Position numbers and translations under genes: made by a program. The notes below the pieces were generated by a model. That model was not told the DNA's origin and ran no database searches. It was given only the letters and a program-made list of their open reading frames with translations. A stretch of 64,000 nt of DNA from Mobula hypostoma (Eukaryota): positions 2,544,001 through 2,608,000 of the forward strand of contig NC_086101.1 in NCBI RefSeq assembly GCF_963921235.1, given 5' to 3'. This document shows positions 62,757 through 64,000 of the stretch, one piece after another (the stretch's first letter is position 1; every line of letters starts with the position of its first letter).

Positions 62757-63307
62757 TTCCTCTATCCATGCCAGTATCTTTCCTGTAACGCCTTTGGATT
62801 TTCTTGCTAAGCAGACTTTTGCTTTTCTGTTGCCTTTGACTTCCCTTGTCAGCTGTGGTTGCCTCTCCTGCACCTGTTAATTGCCCCAGAAACCCACCAA
62901 TTCTATTCTGCCATCCTCCCTGTCAATGCTGGTCAGCTTCCCTCTCATGCCTCTACAACTCCCTTTACTCACTGTAATACTGATCATGAGACTGAGACCT
63001 TACTATGCAATTTGAGGGGGAGAAGCTGTCTCCCAAAGGTTCCTTGACCTTAAGCTCCATTATCAAGTCTGGTTTATTAAACAACACTCAATCCAGAATA
63101 TCTCCTGTCACTGTTTGATAGAACAGACAACTAACATTCTTCACAGAAAAGTTTATTGCTGATAAACTCCACCGCTCGTTCCCTACTGCGACCGTGGGCT
63201 GACCCAGCACTTCGTACAGTCCATCAGCTGTATCCTGGGGTGATCCCACTCGTAGGGGGCCGTCGATGCATCCTCGCTCAGCTCCACCACCGGCTCTCCA
63301 AGGGGGG

Positions 63308-63418
63308 CTATTTCCGGAAGCGGTCCAGAGCTATAGCCGGGCGAGACTCTCTCCGAGCGCTCACTTGTCGATTCCCCTGGGCCTTCAGTTTCTGCTCCAC
63401 GCTCTCCCGGATCGCTTC
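63308..63418 (-). CDS. WDR46: Terminal coding exon of a convergent gene, probably WDR46 (Utp7 homolog)
   Basis: Strong acceptor CTCTCTCCTCTTCCAG|; encodes EAIRESVEQKLKAQGNRQVSARRESRPAIALDRFRK*; AATAAA at 63152-63157 (-). Resembles the WDR46 C-terminus as recalled (DKVRQSL...RPSALDRFVR). Confidence 0.6.
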   Translation of the reverse strand, partial: EAIRESVEQKLKAQGNRQVSARRESRPAIALDRFRK

Positions 63419-64000
63419 CTGGAAGAGGAGAGAGACAGTGAGGCTGGGGAACCCAGGAACTCAGCACTAGGCTCTGGCCATCAGTGACACATGGGGGGGG
63501 GGCGGGGTGGTGTCACTGCGTTCAATATCTGCCGTCTATGTGAAGCTTCAATCTTGGGGTAGGAAGGTAGGCAGTAGAACTTGGGTTCAGTTGCTCAGAC
63601 CGCTCTTGGTCAATCCTTTTCAGGAAGGATGTAGACTCTTTCGGGAGCGTGCAAAGGAGATTTACTGGAAAGCTGCCTGTATCAGAGATGTTTTTTATAT
63701 GAGGAAAGGAGTGAGATGGGGCTTTTCTGTTTGGAACGAAGGAGGATGACAGGTGACTTGAGAGAGGTGTACAAGATGTGAGGCACGGGTAGTTTTGTCC
63801 CCCCAGAGTGATGAGTGTGTAGAACACACTGCCAGGGGTGGAGGCAGAGGCAGATACTTTAAAGAGATATGGACAACAGAGAAATGGAGGGAAGGGTTAG
63901 ATTGATCTCAAAGTTAAAAGGTCAGCACAACATTGTGGGCCGAAGGGCCTGAGTTGTGCTGTAACGTGTCATGTTATACAACCTCACCTGGTGGCAGGTG

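Overview
Eukaryotic (vertebrate) genomic DNA that is very rich in repeats. The mix of CR1 LINEs with (TTTCTATG)n tails, Penelope-like elements, Rex1/Babar, L2 and tRNA-derived SINEs suggests a cartilaginous fish, probably a ray or skate (inference). Most of the window is nested retroelements: a decayed Tf1/sushi-type chromoviral Gypsy element, an I/Nimb-type LINE, many CR1 copies (one with an intact ORF2), Rex1/Babar, L2, Penelope-like elements carrying hammerhead ribozyme motifs, a non-autonomous Harbinger, and several tandem arrays. Two host genes can be read. The first is a spliced, divergent CAMSAP-family gene on the + strand, with five phase-compatible coding exons (41687-54078), a CKK domain and a probable CpG-island promoter near 26.7 kb. 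The second is the last exon of a convergent gene on the - strand that resembles WDR46. Highlights: (1) a short CAMSAP, apparently lacking the CH domain, next to a WDR46-like gene, which may be an MHC-linked fourth CAMSAP ohnolog; (2) a conserved U_UUA_AAC -1 slippery site joining ORF1 to an AUG-less ORF2 in two divergent CR1 subfamilies; (3) a self-priming PBS in the Gypsy element; (4) hammerhead-only mini-insertions with target-site duplications. All family assignments come from motif recognition by eye; no database search was run.
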